The notes under the pieces were generated by a model. That model saw nothing but the letters and a program-made list of their open reading frames with translations, ran no database searches and was not told the origin of the DNA. Positions 14,310-27,720 of a stretch of DNA of 64,000 bases are shown here, in pieces. Made by a program: the position numbers and the translations under genes. The DNA lies in the NCBI RefSeq assembly GCF_006345805.1, contig NC_043015.1, positions 36,022,001-36,086,000 of the forward strand, read 5' to 3'. The stretch's first letter is position 1. The number at the start of each line of letters is the position of its first letter. Source of the stretch: Octopus sinensis (lineage: Eukaryota).

Positions 14310-15569
14310 AAGAGAAAGAGAGAGAGAGAAAGAAATAGTAGTTACTTGTAATCCTTGCATGGGCGGTTGATATTTAGGGAATCGTTGCATCGAACGATAA
14401 CATATTCAATAACTACAGCTCGACAGAAGTTCTGTTAATCAAATGTAGCCGAAGGATTGTTCTTTGAACCATATCTTTCAATGTAAGCTTCTGACTTTAG
14501 AAATTTCACGTAGACCTAAATCGCAAAACATCACGAATTATGACAAAGATATCGGAATATTAATGGTTGCCTTCTTAATTTCTCTCGATTTCAGTCTGGC
14601 AGTGTAGCCCCTTAGCCAAGTGTTTCCCGCTTTAGTTTCGACTTAACAACTGCCTTCTGCATATGATTGGCTGACGGAGATTGAGTGGAAACTCGTCGTA
14701 TACACACATATTGTCATATATAATTTTTTCATTACATTCAATCAACTGAAAGTTCCTGAAATGTTACGAATTCCTTGAGATTCATTTATTAAGTTTTTAT
14801 TGATTAGTTCTACGAAAGTGTTGAGTCACTTTTGTAATTTTCTGCCAGCTAAAAATATCAAAAGAGAATTTTTAGTCAATTCTTTCGACTTGCGTGCGTG
14901 ATAGCTACTTTATCTTATCGACTCTGGATGGCTGAAAAACAAAGGTAGCTTGTGTGGTATTTTAAATCTGAACAGAAAGAGCCGGAGAAAATAGCGTAAT
15001 GCATTTTGTCCGATGCTCCAACGATTCACCCCGCTTACTGACTTTTAAATTCATCAGATATAATATTGACATAGATTGTATGAAGTGATGAATTGTGAAG
15101 TTCCGTTGAATAACTGTTCTTGGGCCAATTATGTCAGTTATTAGCATCAGTATGAGATCTGTTCATTTTCGTCTTCGTCGTGTAAACTTGGCAGTGATCA
15201 AGCAAGTCAGCTTTAATGACGCCCCCTGAATTAAATCAATTAAAAGAAGAGAAATTAATGACAACTAATCAATACAAATGATAGTGATTAGATTCATTAG
15301 TTGTTATTTTTGTTCCAAGCTAATTCCTGCTCGAATAGACTTATGATCGAAAACATCTCATTTGTGTCCTTGCTGTGGAATTAATGGTTTTTTTTTAAAT
15401 ATTCATTAGCGACTTTATTTGGGACCACATCATCCAATATGAACAGTTTTAAAAGAGAGCATGTATTACGATGGTGATTTATTACGATAACAAGCCAGCC
15501 AAATGACGACGTGGGTGTTGATCCATTGATTCGTAGCTTTTCAGGATTGAGAATCTTTTATTTTTTTAC

Positions 15570-15760
15570 TTCTTTCAGTTATCAGACAATGGCGATTCTG
15601 GGGTACAACCTTGAAGAGTTTTGTTCGGACATGTCCCACCCCAATACTTTGTTTCGTTGAAGACTGCTATTTTTTCTATCGGTATTTTTTGCCAAACCGC
15701 TAGCTTGGCCAATAGAAACATACGAACACTGGTTGTTAAGCGGTGATCGGGGACAAACAC
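15570..15760 (-). mobile_element. SINE family A, diverged 3' half
   Basis: Reverse complement gtttgtccccgatcaccgcttaacaaccagtgtt..ggtttggcaaaaaataccgatag matches the family A 3' body. Confidence 0.65.
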
Positions 15761-15761
15761 G

Positions 15762-15802
<41 letters not shown>

Positions 15803-15816
15803 GCACAAACACACGC

Positions 15817-15867
<51 letters not shown>

Positions 15868-16471
15868 GAGTAATAGTTTTGCTAGTAATAATTTCGTTGC
15901 GATAAATGTACAACCGGTACACAATAATTAATATTATTTTTGTAATTTCAGCAAATAAGGGAGGTAATCCAGAGCATTTACCGGCCTTATTACACCAAGA
16001 TGGTAAGCATATGTTTAAATAGACGTCTTCAAGTTTAGACGAGAGTCCCAAAGTAGATGTAAAGGATTCGGCGCCAAACTCAGCCTACTTCACAAAGATT
16101 TACTGAGAAACCATCAGAATAAAAAAGAAAAAAATGCATGTTTAGTTCTTGATGACATGTTTAATAGGGAAAGTGTCAAAGACCTAAGCAGAATAAGAAC
16201 AGAACATTGTAAGGAAAATAGAACACATTCGTTGTGTATGATACACAAACACACAGACAAACGCACACACATATATACATACACATACATACATACATAC
16301 ATACATACCTACATACATACATACATACATACAAACACACACAAATGATTATCTGTCTTTTACTCTACAAATGTATCGTGTGAACGATCAGATTAATGTA
16401 AAATTGCTCTTATTATAAGAACATGAAAATAATCATCAATATCAGTGCTTGTGTGTGTGTGTGTGTGAGTG

Positions 16472-16804
16472 TATAATCGAAATAAGCAACAAGGATATCC
16501 AAGGTAGTGTAGTTCAATCGTTTCATGCTACTTCATTTTATTAAACAATGTAAGTATTACATCAGTTTTAAATTATAAAGCAATCTTCAGCCACATTTAC
16601 ATTTGCTTTACATTTTTAAACTGATGTAATACTTACATTGTTTAATAAAATGAAGTAGCATGAAACGATTGTACTACACTACCTTGGATATCCTTGTTGC
16701 TTATTTTGATTATAATCACCCCATTTGATATATATGGATAGTACCATACCAAATTCTGGTGCCTTTAAATTAAGTACCATATTCATCTGAATCTAAATTT
16801 TGCT
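16472..16804. mobile_element. Short Penelope-like or retrozyme-like insertion: inverted arms 16472-16583 and 16603-16714 plus 3' tail; hammerhead motif at 16509-16594 (-)
   Basis: About 110-bp inverted repeat. Left arm minus strand: GUGG-CUGAAGA-UUGCU...AGCAU-GAAA-CGAUUG-AA-CUAC; right arm has GAAACGAUUGUACUAC. Tail is homologous to 10317-10445. Confidence 0.8.
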
Positions 16805-17303
16805 GAACTCTCCTTCTCTCTCTCTCTTTCTCTCTACGTAACCACAGTCTATTTATAACTGAGAGTAATCTGTGGAAGAGTGCCAGAACGTATTCGTTTG
16901 TGTGTGTGTGTATGTGTGTGTGTATTTGTGTAGCGTTTGTTAGCGATAATACACAGGAGAACATGAATAGAGAAACACAGCCACTACTGTCTATTGTGAA
17001 GCCATAATCTCCAATTGTTCGGTTCTCTGCGATGGGATAAAAATACACCAGCATTCAATAAATGCTCTTTCCTGTTCCAGCCTATCTCTCTCTGCCCATC
17101 TTTTATGCGATCCTGACTATTTTTGTCTCTCACACAAATGTCGCCATATACACACAATATAATGGCTTTGAAACATATTTACATATTGTGTATTGATGTA
17201 GAACGCTACAGGAAGCATCTGTATCCTTATATTGAAATATGTATATATCTCTATATATAGCTAACAACCATCTATCTGTTCGTGTATCATTCAATCACCA
17301 ATG

Positions 17304-17359
<56 letters not shown>

Positions 17360-19710
17360 TGTATGTACGTATGTATGTACGTATGTATGTATGTATGTAT
17401 GTATGTATGTATGTATGTATGTATGTATGTGTGTGTATGCATGTGTGTATGTATGCATGTATGTATATATATATTTGTATCACCTCTCTCTCTCTCTCTA
17501 CCTCTCTCTCCTTCTCCCTCTGTCTATCTACCCATATCTTTGTTGATCTGCCTATCTGTATGTAAACTTAATGTTCATAAAAGCAAATTTATACATATGT
17601 ATATGAGTGTGTGTGCATGTGTGTATTTGTGTGTGTGAGTGAGTGTGGGTGTGTGTGGGTATAGTCATGTACTTATATAGACACACAAATATACATGCAA
17701 ACAAATATACGGCCATTTGCACATATTTACATAGAAGAAAGAAAATATAAACGCCCATTCGCTGCCTTTATCTAAAAACTAATCTGTGTCGATAGAACTG
17801 TGCATGTTTTACTTTCAATGGTTTTGTGTGTGCGTCTCATTATTTACGAATATGGCGACATTCACGTCTAAATGGACAGCTTCCTGAATGACTCGTTGGA
17901 AACACACACACGCACATGCACACACACGCATGCGCATACGCACACACACACACATCTATGCATCTACGTGTGTGTACTTACTGTACATAGGTATAGATAT
18001 GGACACAGTTTTAAAGGCTTCAATCTATAAATCAATCAGTCTATCAGTCTATCTCTGCGTCTCTGTCAATGCATCCAATCCTGTCTTTCTGTCTGTCTCT
18101 CTCTCCCCTTCTCTCTCTCTCCCTCCCCCTCTCTCTCTATCTATCTATTTATCTGTCTGTCTGTCTGTATGTATCTATGTTTGTGTGTGTGTGTGTGTAC
18201 ATATTCCACAAACTGTCCATTTAACCGCCTGTCACTCTCCCTCCCTCTCTCTCTATCTATTTATCTGTCTGTCTGTCTCTGTCTGTCTCTCTCTCTGTCT
18301 CTCCCCCTCTCTCTCTACCCATGCGTCTTTCTACTTAACAGCCAGTCAGTCTGTTGGTCTATTTGTATGTACTTCAATATGAATATGTGTGCATCTGTGT
18401 ATGCAGATATTGATTAATGTACGTAGGCACACACTTATAAGCGTACGTATCCGTATATGACATGAATGTGCGCGCCGTGTGTGTGTGTGTGTCTGTGTGT
18501 CTGTGTGTCTGTGTGTGTGTGTTTGTCTGTGTGTGTGTGTGTGTGTCTGTGTGTGTGTGTGTACAAGCGTGCTTATAAATGTGTCTTTCTCCGTTTATAG
18601 GAATATATGGCTTATATCTATAGACCTGATGGTCGGTTTCGGTACCACGAATATATTGACGATAATAGAACTGAACAATTCGATATAAGTGCAGCAGCAA
18701 TGACGGTCTTAATACTATTTAATTCCTTCCTGGATTCTAAGCTTAAATCTAAAGAATTCTTCGACCGATCAATCAGCAATTCCAAAATCATGACAGAATT
18801 ATCGGTTCTGGATCTTTTCGCTCCTCAGATTTTTATACTCCTTTCACTTTTATTCACCTTTTTCACCATTCTGACATTTTATGTTTTTCGCAATTTATTT
18901 ATTCATTTATAGTTTTTTTTTTCTCTCTTTTGTTCATGTTTATATTCGGCATTTTTGTCGGCATTTATATTCGGCATCTTTATCGATATATACTGCATAA
19001 AATGTATGAAAACCCGATCTCTCCGTTGTTGTGACAGCGCCCTCTGCTCATCAAGGGTCATCACTTTTATAATCCGAAGACTGTGCCTTAGTTATCTTTC
19101 CTCTGGCAAGAAGCTTGTCCCAACCGGAAGTCGAAAATATGTTATCATCTAAACTACTTGAAAGGTTATCTATTAATTTCCTTCAAGTGAAAAGATGATA
19201 AAATATGAAATAAAATAAGAATGTACATAAAACTTTACTTATTTTATATGTGCAGCCATTCATATGAAAGGAGTCACATCCTTGTTTTTGCGTTATACAT
19301 ATCTATTATAATCATTACACTATTATTATCATTTCATCAAGTATATGTCAAGACCTACTAAGTGTAGTTTTTAATGCTGATTTCAAATATATAATTAGTT
19401 TTTTGACACAACATACAGTTTTCAAGATGAGAAAGCTTTTTCGTTTTCCCTCATGCATTATAGAGAAATTCCAAGTAATGATGTGCTTGCATGTATTTCA
19501 TTTACTTTATGTTTAAAATAAACTCCACTTTTCATTGCTGCATAGTTCAGATGCAATATTTCATCATCTTAAATTAATCAATTACGTTTTACCTGATGAA
19601 TTAGCTATTTCAACATATGAAATTTTCCAGTCATAATTGGTTTGATGAAATATTTCCTCATCTCAAATTCAATAACCGTTTGTATCCATACTTGTTTTAC
19701 AGTGTTAACA

Positions 19711-21050
19711 ATGTCACGAGGGCGTAGAAATCGTCTTGATGTGTTTTGTTATGTCTGTGCATAATTTATTGTGAAAGCTCAAAAACGTACAATAACACCA
19801 GAGATCAAGAAGATGTATAAGCTATACTTTTACTATCTTCATAGAAATCAGGACAAGTTATGGGCACCACATTTTATCTGCTCAGCTTACGTGACTGGTT
19901 CAATAATAACTCGATTCTTTTTGCCATTGTAATAATATGGAGGAAGCCGAGAAGCCATTTTAATGAGTGTTATTTCTGCAAAGTAAAGGTCACAGGATTT
20001 TCTATGAAGAAAAAACGCAAAAGTGCGTATCTCAATCTGGATTCTGCAATGAGATCCGTGCCTCACAATAGAAGTCAACCAATTCTAGTTCCACCAGATG
20101 ATGGTATTGAAACATCAGATGATGATGATGACTGTCATGATAGTGCTGCTGAGGAAGATTGCATGACTGATGACGATAGCTTTGAACCCCAGAAATTTTC
20201 CCAAGATGAACTGAATGAGCTTATCAGAGACCTGATGAAGCAGAACTGCTGGCATCAAGACTGAAGGAGAAATATCTGCAAGAGCAAGATGTTCGTATAA
20301 CTTATTCTTGGCAGAGAAATATGGTTCCATAAACGTTTATTTCTGTTAAAAACCTGCTTTGTTTTTGCAGTAACATCGATGGACGTTTCGAATGTTAATC
20401 ACAAAATCAAAATCCTGCAGAGTGACGTTTGTTTATTGACTCCTCAAAAAAAGGTTTAAAAGCTGTACGTCTCCATAATGGTAATTTGAAGCCCTCCATT
20501 CCTATTGCATACTCCGTTCATCTTTATGAATGATGTCAGAATATGGAACTTCTACTTCCTGTCATTGACTATGAAAGACAGTCATGGAAAATATGTGGAG
20601 ATTTAAAAGTCATTGAAATTTTAATGGTAATGCAGTCAGGTTTCACAAAATACTGTTGTTTCTTGTGTCTAGGGGATAGTCGGGCAGCTGACAGACATTA
20701 TTCAGAATTAAACTGGCAGACAAGAACATCATACCAGCCGGGACTGTCTAGCGTCAAGAATACATCTCTTGTAGATCCATGTAATGTCCTATAGCTTCCT
20801 TTGCACATAAAGCTTGGACTCATGAAACAGTTTGTAAAGACACCAGAGAAGAGAAATGCTAGAGTGTTTGAGTATATTTTAGAAAAGCTTCCCAAAATCA
20901 CTCGGGCGAAGTTGAAGGAGGGTATGTTCGTCGGACCCCATATTAGAAAAGTAATCAAAGGTGTCAACTTCAAGACAACATTGGATGAACTGGAACTGTC
21001 TGCCTGGAATGTTTTCAGTTGGATCTGTGAGAATTTCTTGGGCAACAAGA
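19711..21050 (+). pseudogene. Decayed Chapaev3-like (CMC superfamily) DNA transposase, 3'-truncated
   Basis: Across frameshifts: DVFCYVC..QDKLWAPHFIC..IWRKPRSHFNECYFC..FSQDELNELIRDL..FIDSSK..LKAV.LHNGN..PSIPIAYSVH..WKICGDLKVI..QSGFTKYCCFLC..DSRA..LHIKLGLMKQFVK..KLKEGMFVGP..ENFLGNK. Upstream gctgatttcaaatat motif near 19376. Family assignment is from recalled motifs. Confidence 0.8.
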
Positions 21051-21489
21051 TGACATTGACATTAGTGCTATGGAGATACTGCCTAACTACTGCTAGATAC
21101 TTTACCGTATTCAACCAGATCAGGAACACCACAGGAAATACAAATCACGATGTTTCTAACTCTGTTGTTCTAACTTTGTCTGTTTGGTCTGATTCATTTT
21201 TTGTGTATTCACTCTTTGTAGAATGATAATGATGATTTTTAACTCAATAACCTCGTTTACTTTCTAAAAATAATATGGCCTTATTTATTACGCAAATGAT
21301 TTCAGAGATACAAATATGTAAATATTTTTATGTACCAACTGAAAAACCGATATTTGCTGCATATAAATGCAGTGAAATGTTGGTTTACATTCATAATGAG
21401 TATACAATATATTTAATTTTGTTGACCAATGTTATTCAGACGGTGATCTGTTAGAACCATTAACACGTCATGCAAAATATTTATTTCTG

Positions 21490-22230
21490 TTCTCGGTCCA
21501 AATTCCACTGAGGGTTACTTTACGTTTGCTTTTTTTCGGGTTGTCTAAAATAATTACCAATTGAGCGGTGGGGTTGATGAAATCAACTATCCCTTTCCCC
21601 GCAAATTTTCTGGTCTTGTGTCTATAAGCGAATGGATTGTTATCATTATGAAGGCAGCAGAATAACAGAATGATTAGCTCGTCAGATAAAAACGCTTATC
21701 TGTTTTTCTTGCAGTTCTTTACCTTCGGAGTTCAAAGTTCTTGGAGGACAATTGTATTTCTCATCTTACTGAGTTAGATCAAATGAATACCAGTGGTGTA
21801 ATGAGGTTGATAATAACGACTTGCTCTCTTCCCTGAAAGTATTAGATCGTTTATTATAATTAGTGAAGCTTTTTATCATTATTTCCTTGACAAAAGTCAC
21901 GAGCTGACAGGATGGACAGCAAGCCGATCAAAATGCTTAGCGGCTTTTCGTCCGAGTTCAAATTGCTCAAGGGTCCACTTTGTCTTTCATCCGATCGGGG
22001 CCAATGGAGTAAGTACTTGTTGAGTACTGGGATCAATGTAATCGACGTACGCCCACCCCCAAAATTGCTGGTCTTATGCAAAAATTTAAAACCATTATTA
22101 TTTGGTTAGCAATTAGTTATAATAAGTAGAGCGTCATAAAATATGCATTGTGGTATATATTCTGGTACTGTAGATTCTATGTTCAAATCCCACCAAGATG
22201 AACCTGACCTTTTATCCTTACGTGGCCAAT
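21490..22230 (+). mobile_element. Cluster of about four decayed, same-orientation copies of SINE family B
   Basis: Repeated variants of gagttcaaattcc..ctttcatcc..ggg..aagtacc..ggggtcgatgtaatcgac at ~21490, 21650, 21890 and 22110; same family as 34122-34361. Confidence 0.65.
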
Positions 22231-23120
22231 TTCTCTTGTATTCCAGCTTTCTTATCTTCTTGCTTCCTCAAAGTTTTGGAATATTGCTTTCTTGTATCTT
22301 ATTCTATCATTACTCTATCATTATATCATTACAAACGTTCTTCTCTCACATTCGTGTATTCTTAAAATCCTATTCTTAAATTGATATATAGTTAGACTCC
22401 AAAACCTTTACAAACCTGTAGCCTTACAATCCAATACTTTTCCATTTTTAGATCCTCACATTCGTATATCCTCACATATTTCATCGGTGCATATATTTCT
22501 GTATTCATAATACCTTTACAAACCTGTTTTCTTACATTGGTATATTCTTAGATTCATGCATCTTTACAGGCCTCCATCCTTCCATTCCGATATTTCTAGA
22601 TCTCTGTATCGTCACATCATACCATAGAAGATTATATCTTTATCATAAACCTCGCAATCGTAGATAACAAAAGACTCCTATTTCGGTGTTCATTGACTAT
22701 ATTATCTTTCATACAGTTCAAATATGTTCTATTAAACGTAATGCACGTACAATTTCACAGGCATACATCGACACACACATACGCGCATGCGCCCAAGTAT
22801 AGTATTATGGAAGCGAATATATATATATCTTTATAACTTTGTAAGAATTATTTTATTTACTCTCACTAACCCTCTTCATTTGCTATGTATTTATGCGTGA
22901 CGCACACATATACACACACACAAGCACACACACACATAAATCTATATATATATGTGCATATAAATATAGTTATTGAAATATACGAACGTATTTATATGTA
23001 AATATATATATATGGACATATATATGTTTATATATATATATATATATTATATATATAGATATATATACACACACATACATATCAACCCCAGTATCCACAC
23101 AAACTGATACGCATACACAT

Positions 23121-23152
<32 letters not shown>

Positions 23153-24084
23153 CACACACACACACACACACACATACATCTGCCATACATAAATATTTCT
23201 TGTGTATGGAAACCCATGTTAACCCAAACCTGTCCTGCCATTAGCTCGCCAATAGTATGTCTATTGAATGATTAAGAGAAAATCTGCCGAACGTTTCTAA
23301 GGAGAGGAGAATGTTTCTATTGAAACCATTAACTGAACAGAGATGCTGAAGCATTGAAAGGTTGCACTGGGTTCTCTGTTTTCTAGTCAGGCATTTCCTG
23401 GATCAATGGATTTGAAATGCATTCCCATCATCAGACAGATAAACAACAATGGCTGACGGAAATCCGTGTGCATTACGTACAGTATGGCGGACAATTTTTT
23501 ATTATTTTTATTTCATTTGTTTTTGTTCATCTGCCATTCGAGTCTCAGCTGACGATGGTATTGTGTATTGTAATGGATTATTATAATGTATAGAGTGAAT
23601 AAATAGGAAGATTGATACAATATACGTATATGCATCGACATAAGTAAGTTCATGCGTAAATAGGTACATATATATCCTCAAAGACAGATACATGACAAAA
23701 ATTGCCGCCCGCCCACACGCAGAAACACACGCATGTGTGTGTGTGTGTTTCTGCGTGTGAACATATGTATGTATACCTACATGTTAATCAGGCACCGTGT
23801 ATTGTTCGTTCAGGAAAGTTACTAAAATGCTGCACTCGAAAAATATCCGCTCCAGAGATTTGTTACTTTCACTGATTATACGTTGATACGTATAAATACA
23901 CAAACACACACAAACGTATGTGTGTGTATAAACATATTTATCTGTGAATAAAAATATATATATATATATATATATATAAGTATAACATAATAAGTAATAA
24001 AAAGAATGATAAATATAATATAATAAATAAAAACACATATATATATGTGTGTGTGTGTGTCTACATATATATATATATATATAT

Positions 24085-24181
24085 TTTATTATTTTATAGA
24101 AGGAGCTTCTACAGGACTAGACTCTGCTATGTATTGAGTACCTTATTTACTGTGGTTAACCCTGACTCAACCCGGACCTAC
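24085..24181. mobile_element. Tiny 5'-inverted copy of the hammerhead family at 51080-51215
   Basis: 24085-24120 is the reverse complement of ctagtcctgtagaagctccttctata (51115-51140). It joins forward actctgcta..ttgagtacctta..tactgtggtta..caacccgg..cctac (51156-51215). Flanked by (TA)n. Confidence 0.8.
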
Positions 24182-24253
<72 letters not shown>

Positions 24254-25380
24254 CAGTATTAATAAAATAGATGGAATGTGTAATAGATTTTATTGGGTGG
24301 TACAACACATGTTTCGACCCGTTCTGGGTCTCTTTCTGTACATCAATAAAAAAGAGATTTCCTGAGTCGGCTTTGGTACCGCTATATGTCCATCAAATTC
24401 GAGAATTAGTAAAAACGGACACATTTTCGAAAAGCAAAAAATTCAAATATGAACGTGAAAATTATTCGTTCTAGTTTAGAGAAAATGACGTAATGAGCGT
24501 TAATACACGTGAACTTGTGGAACTATATTTGAATAACTTGTATTTGATATATCGTGCAATCTAGATCCATATATGTATATATATATATATATGTGTGTAT
24601 ATGTATGCATATATATATATGTGTGTGTGTCTGTGCGTGATTGAGTGTGTGTATATGTACATATATATATAGATATATATATGTCAACTGTGCGCATCTG
24701 CGTTCTTTGTACGTGTATGTATATATTAGTGTGAATATGTGTATACGTGTATGCGGGCGTGTGTTTACGTGTATATATGCATACATGTATGTATATGTGT
24801 GTGCATTTGTATGTGTATATGTATGTATATGCGTCTATATATTTACTAATGTGTATACGCGAGTCTCAAACGTTGTACAGACGTCTGTATCTTGATTTAC
24901 GTACGAACCTATGCACATTTTTATCTATGCTATGTACGTATATTTATGTATATATACACATGTGCACCTGCATATATGAGTTCCTATATATATATGTATG
25001 TATTCGTCCATACGTGTGCGTATGCGCGTGTATTTAGTGTCGTATATATATGCCCATATACTTGGATGTGCGCATGTGAGTGAATATGTATATGTGCGTA
25101 TATATATGTATCTATGTATGTATATGTGCCTCTAAGCGTGAACACAAAAAATTTCGTTTAAGTATTATCTTCCTTTCAAATACTTTCTTTTCTTTCTCTT
25201 AACAGTTACAGCAGCGATGGCTCATCTTATTAATAGTGTTAACCCCAACCGCCACAACGGAGTTCCTGCAATAAATCTACGGATAACAACAGGGAATCGA
25301 AACTGTGCCACTGCTTTACTCATCATCTATTTATACATTTTGGGTAATTTTTCCATTATCTCACTTTCTCTCTCTCTTCC

Positions 25381-25448
<68 letters not shown>

Positions 25449-25811
25449 TGCTGTCAAAGCACACTACTAGGGGCATAAACAAAACAAGGTTTGGATAGTA
25501 CATTTTAAAGTCTCCAATCTAAACTTTAATTTTTAAACATAACTTTTACACACACGCACACACACACACACACACACACATACACACACACACACACACG
25601 CACATATATATATATGTATGTATGAATAAATATATATATGTATATATATATATGTGTGTGTTTATATGTGTGTGTATACATATATATTTATGTATATGCA
25701 TATATACGTAAGTACATCATATAAATGTGTGGGCGTATATGTGTATAATTTAGGCATAAAAAAGCGAGAAGTTCAAGACCATTACACCAAGCTCTTGGAG
25801 CGAGAGTTGAA

Positions 25812-25842
<31 letters not shown>

Positions 25843-25904
25843 ATCCATCTATCTATCTATCTATCTATCTATCTATATATCTATCTATTAATCTATCCAT
25901 CTAT

Positions 25905-26390
25905 CCTTGGCTGTATGGCAAGGAGATTGCTTCCCAATCACACGGTTCTGGTTTCAGTCCCAATGTGTTGTATTTTACGCAAGTTTCTTCTACTATAGAT
26001 TCGGGCAGACCAAAGGTCTATCACTGGATTTGGTAGACGGAAACCGAAAGAAATCCTTCGTATATCGTACACTCACACATACAAACACAGACACGCACAC
26101 ATATACACACACACACATATATACATCTGTATGTATGTATGTATTATGCATATATGTGTATGTCTTGCTGCACGTTTCTCTTTATGTCGATGTTTGTCTC
26201 CCACCACCGTTTCGTAATCGGTGTTCAAGTGTTTACGTCCCTATCATCTAGCTGTGAGGCAAGGAGTATCGATAAAATACGTACGAGGTTTAAACCGTAA
26301 ATCCTGGGATCGATTCGTTCGACTAAAAGTCTTCAAAACGATACTCCAGCGTAGCCGTGATATAATGTCTGAAACAAGTAAAAGATAAAA
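25905..26390 (+). mobile_element. SINE family A, diverged near-full-length copy
   Basis: tggctgtatggcaaggagattgcttcccaatcacacggttctggtttcagtccca..ggatttggtagacggaaac..ctccagcgtagccg..ctgaaacaagtaaaaga. Confidence 0.8.
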
Positions 26391-27049
26391 GTTTCGTACA
26401 TATACAGAGTAAAAAGAGAGAAAAAAATGAGAGGTCGAGTCTGAGATCGATAGAAACAATAGGATTCGAAGGTGAAGTCATGTATGAACCTAGAAATACA
26501 CTTTAGGATAACAGATCAAGCAAGATAGCAATAAATATGTAAAAACCAAGAATAAAGAACTAAAAAGAAAAAAAAGTGGAGACGGTTTGGTTGCTTTTAT
26601 TGAATATGACATGTAATAGAATGAATAATTTATGATAAGTAAGAGAAAGAGAGAGAGAGAGGGAGAGAGAGAGAACAACGTGGAAATATCAAACATTAAC
26701 TGAATGAACGAAATATTTCATTTAGTGATGATATGAAAAATGGGTAGAAATGTGATTAAGAGCTACAGTATGTTGACAAAACAATAAAACATTTCATTGC
26801 AGAATCCGGAAGATATGTAGAGAAATATATCTCAAAAAATAAATGTATGCATTGAAAAATTGCCAAAATGGAACGAATAGTTTTATTTTTAATTTACTTT
26901 ATACCCATCACAGTTTGTCATGCTGTTGATTTCTGAGAAGAATGAAATGGCACTGTACAATATTACCTATGACTCAAAATCTTAAGATTGGCGTAAAACT
27001 AAGCAAAAAAGGAACATTAAGCTGATCTTAAGACTGGAAAGTCTGATAT

Positions 27050-27365
27050 CACTTAATGCAGATCCAGCTGGGTTTTTTTAAGGTTCCTAACCCAAGATGA
27101 GTGTTGGTTCCCGCACTTTGAACCAGAAACAATGATACAATTCATACAGTGGAAACATACCTCCTCGCCTGCTGCAAAGCAGACCAAGTTCGTTTAGTCT
27201 GCAGGAAAGGTGATGGCTTCTAAGTTTTGGGATACAAATATCATTGCGTCTATTGACTATCTTGAAAAGGGCCACACCATCAATGGAGAGTCCTATGCCA
27301 AATTGCTGAGGAAGCTACGGAAGCCTATAACAACAAAACAATCAAAACAACCAGGGAAATTGATG
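27050..27365 (+). pseudogene. mariner (DD34D-type) transposase fragment
   Basis: LTQDECWFPHFEPET..QWKHTSSP..*SAGKVMASKFWD..IDYLEKGHTINGESYAKLLRKL matches the mariner TxDExW..PE / SAGKVMxxVFWD / IDYLxxGxTINxxYY region; contains a stop. Confidence 0.85.
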
Positions 27366-27510
27366 TAAAAAATCAGCATTACTTGAAACTGCAAGAATTC
27401 TTCGCAGGGTTCTTGAAGCATAACTAGTAAATAACTGTCACCTTAGTCTTCTGGCTGTGGACAGCCGACACTTTACATTATACCCAGTAAAATAGGCTGT
27501 GAGTGTTCAT

Positions 27511-27720
27511 AGAAGAAGAAGAAGAAGAAGAAGAAGAAGAAAGAAAAAGAAGGCGGAGGAGGAGGAGGAGGAGGAGAAAAAAAGAGAAAGAAGAAGAAGA
27601 AGGAGGAGGAGAAAAAGAAGAAGAAGAAGAAGAAGAAGAAGAAGAAGAAGAAGAAGAAGAAGAAGAAGAAGAAGAAGAAGAAGAAGAAGAAGATGAAGTA
27701 GAAGAGGAAGTAGAAGAATT
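27511..27720. repeat. (GAA)n/(GAG)n polypurine tract
   Basis: About 200 bp of almost pure purine; source of the poly-E/R/F ORFs. Confidence 0.95.

Noticed and set aside
24295-24352. Minus-strand GACCC/GGGUC-GAAA-CAUG hammerhead-like half
   Set aside because: The 5' core reads AGAAAGA and the cleavage triplet and stem I do not fit; at most a heavily decayed copy, so not counted.
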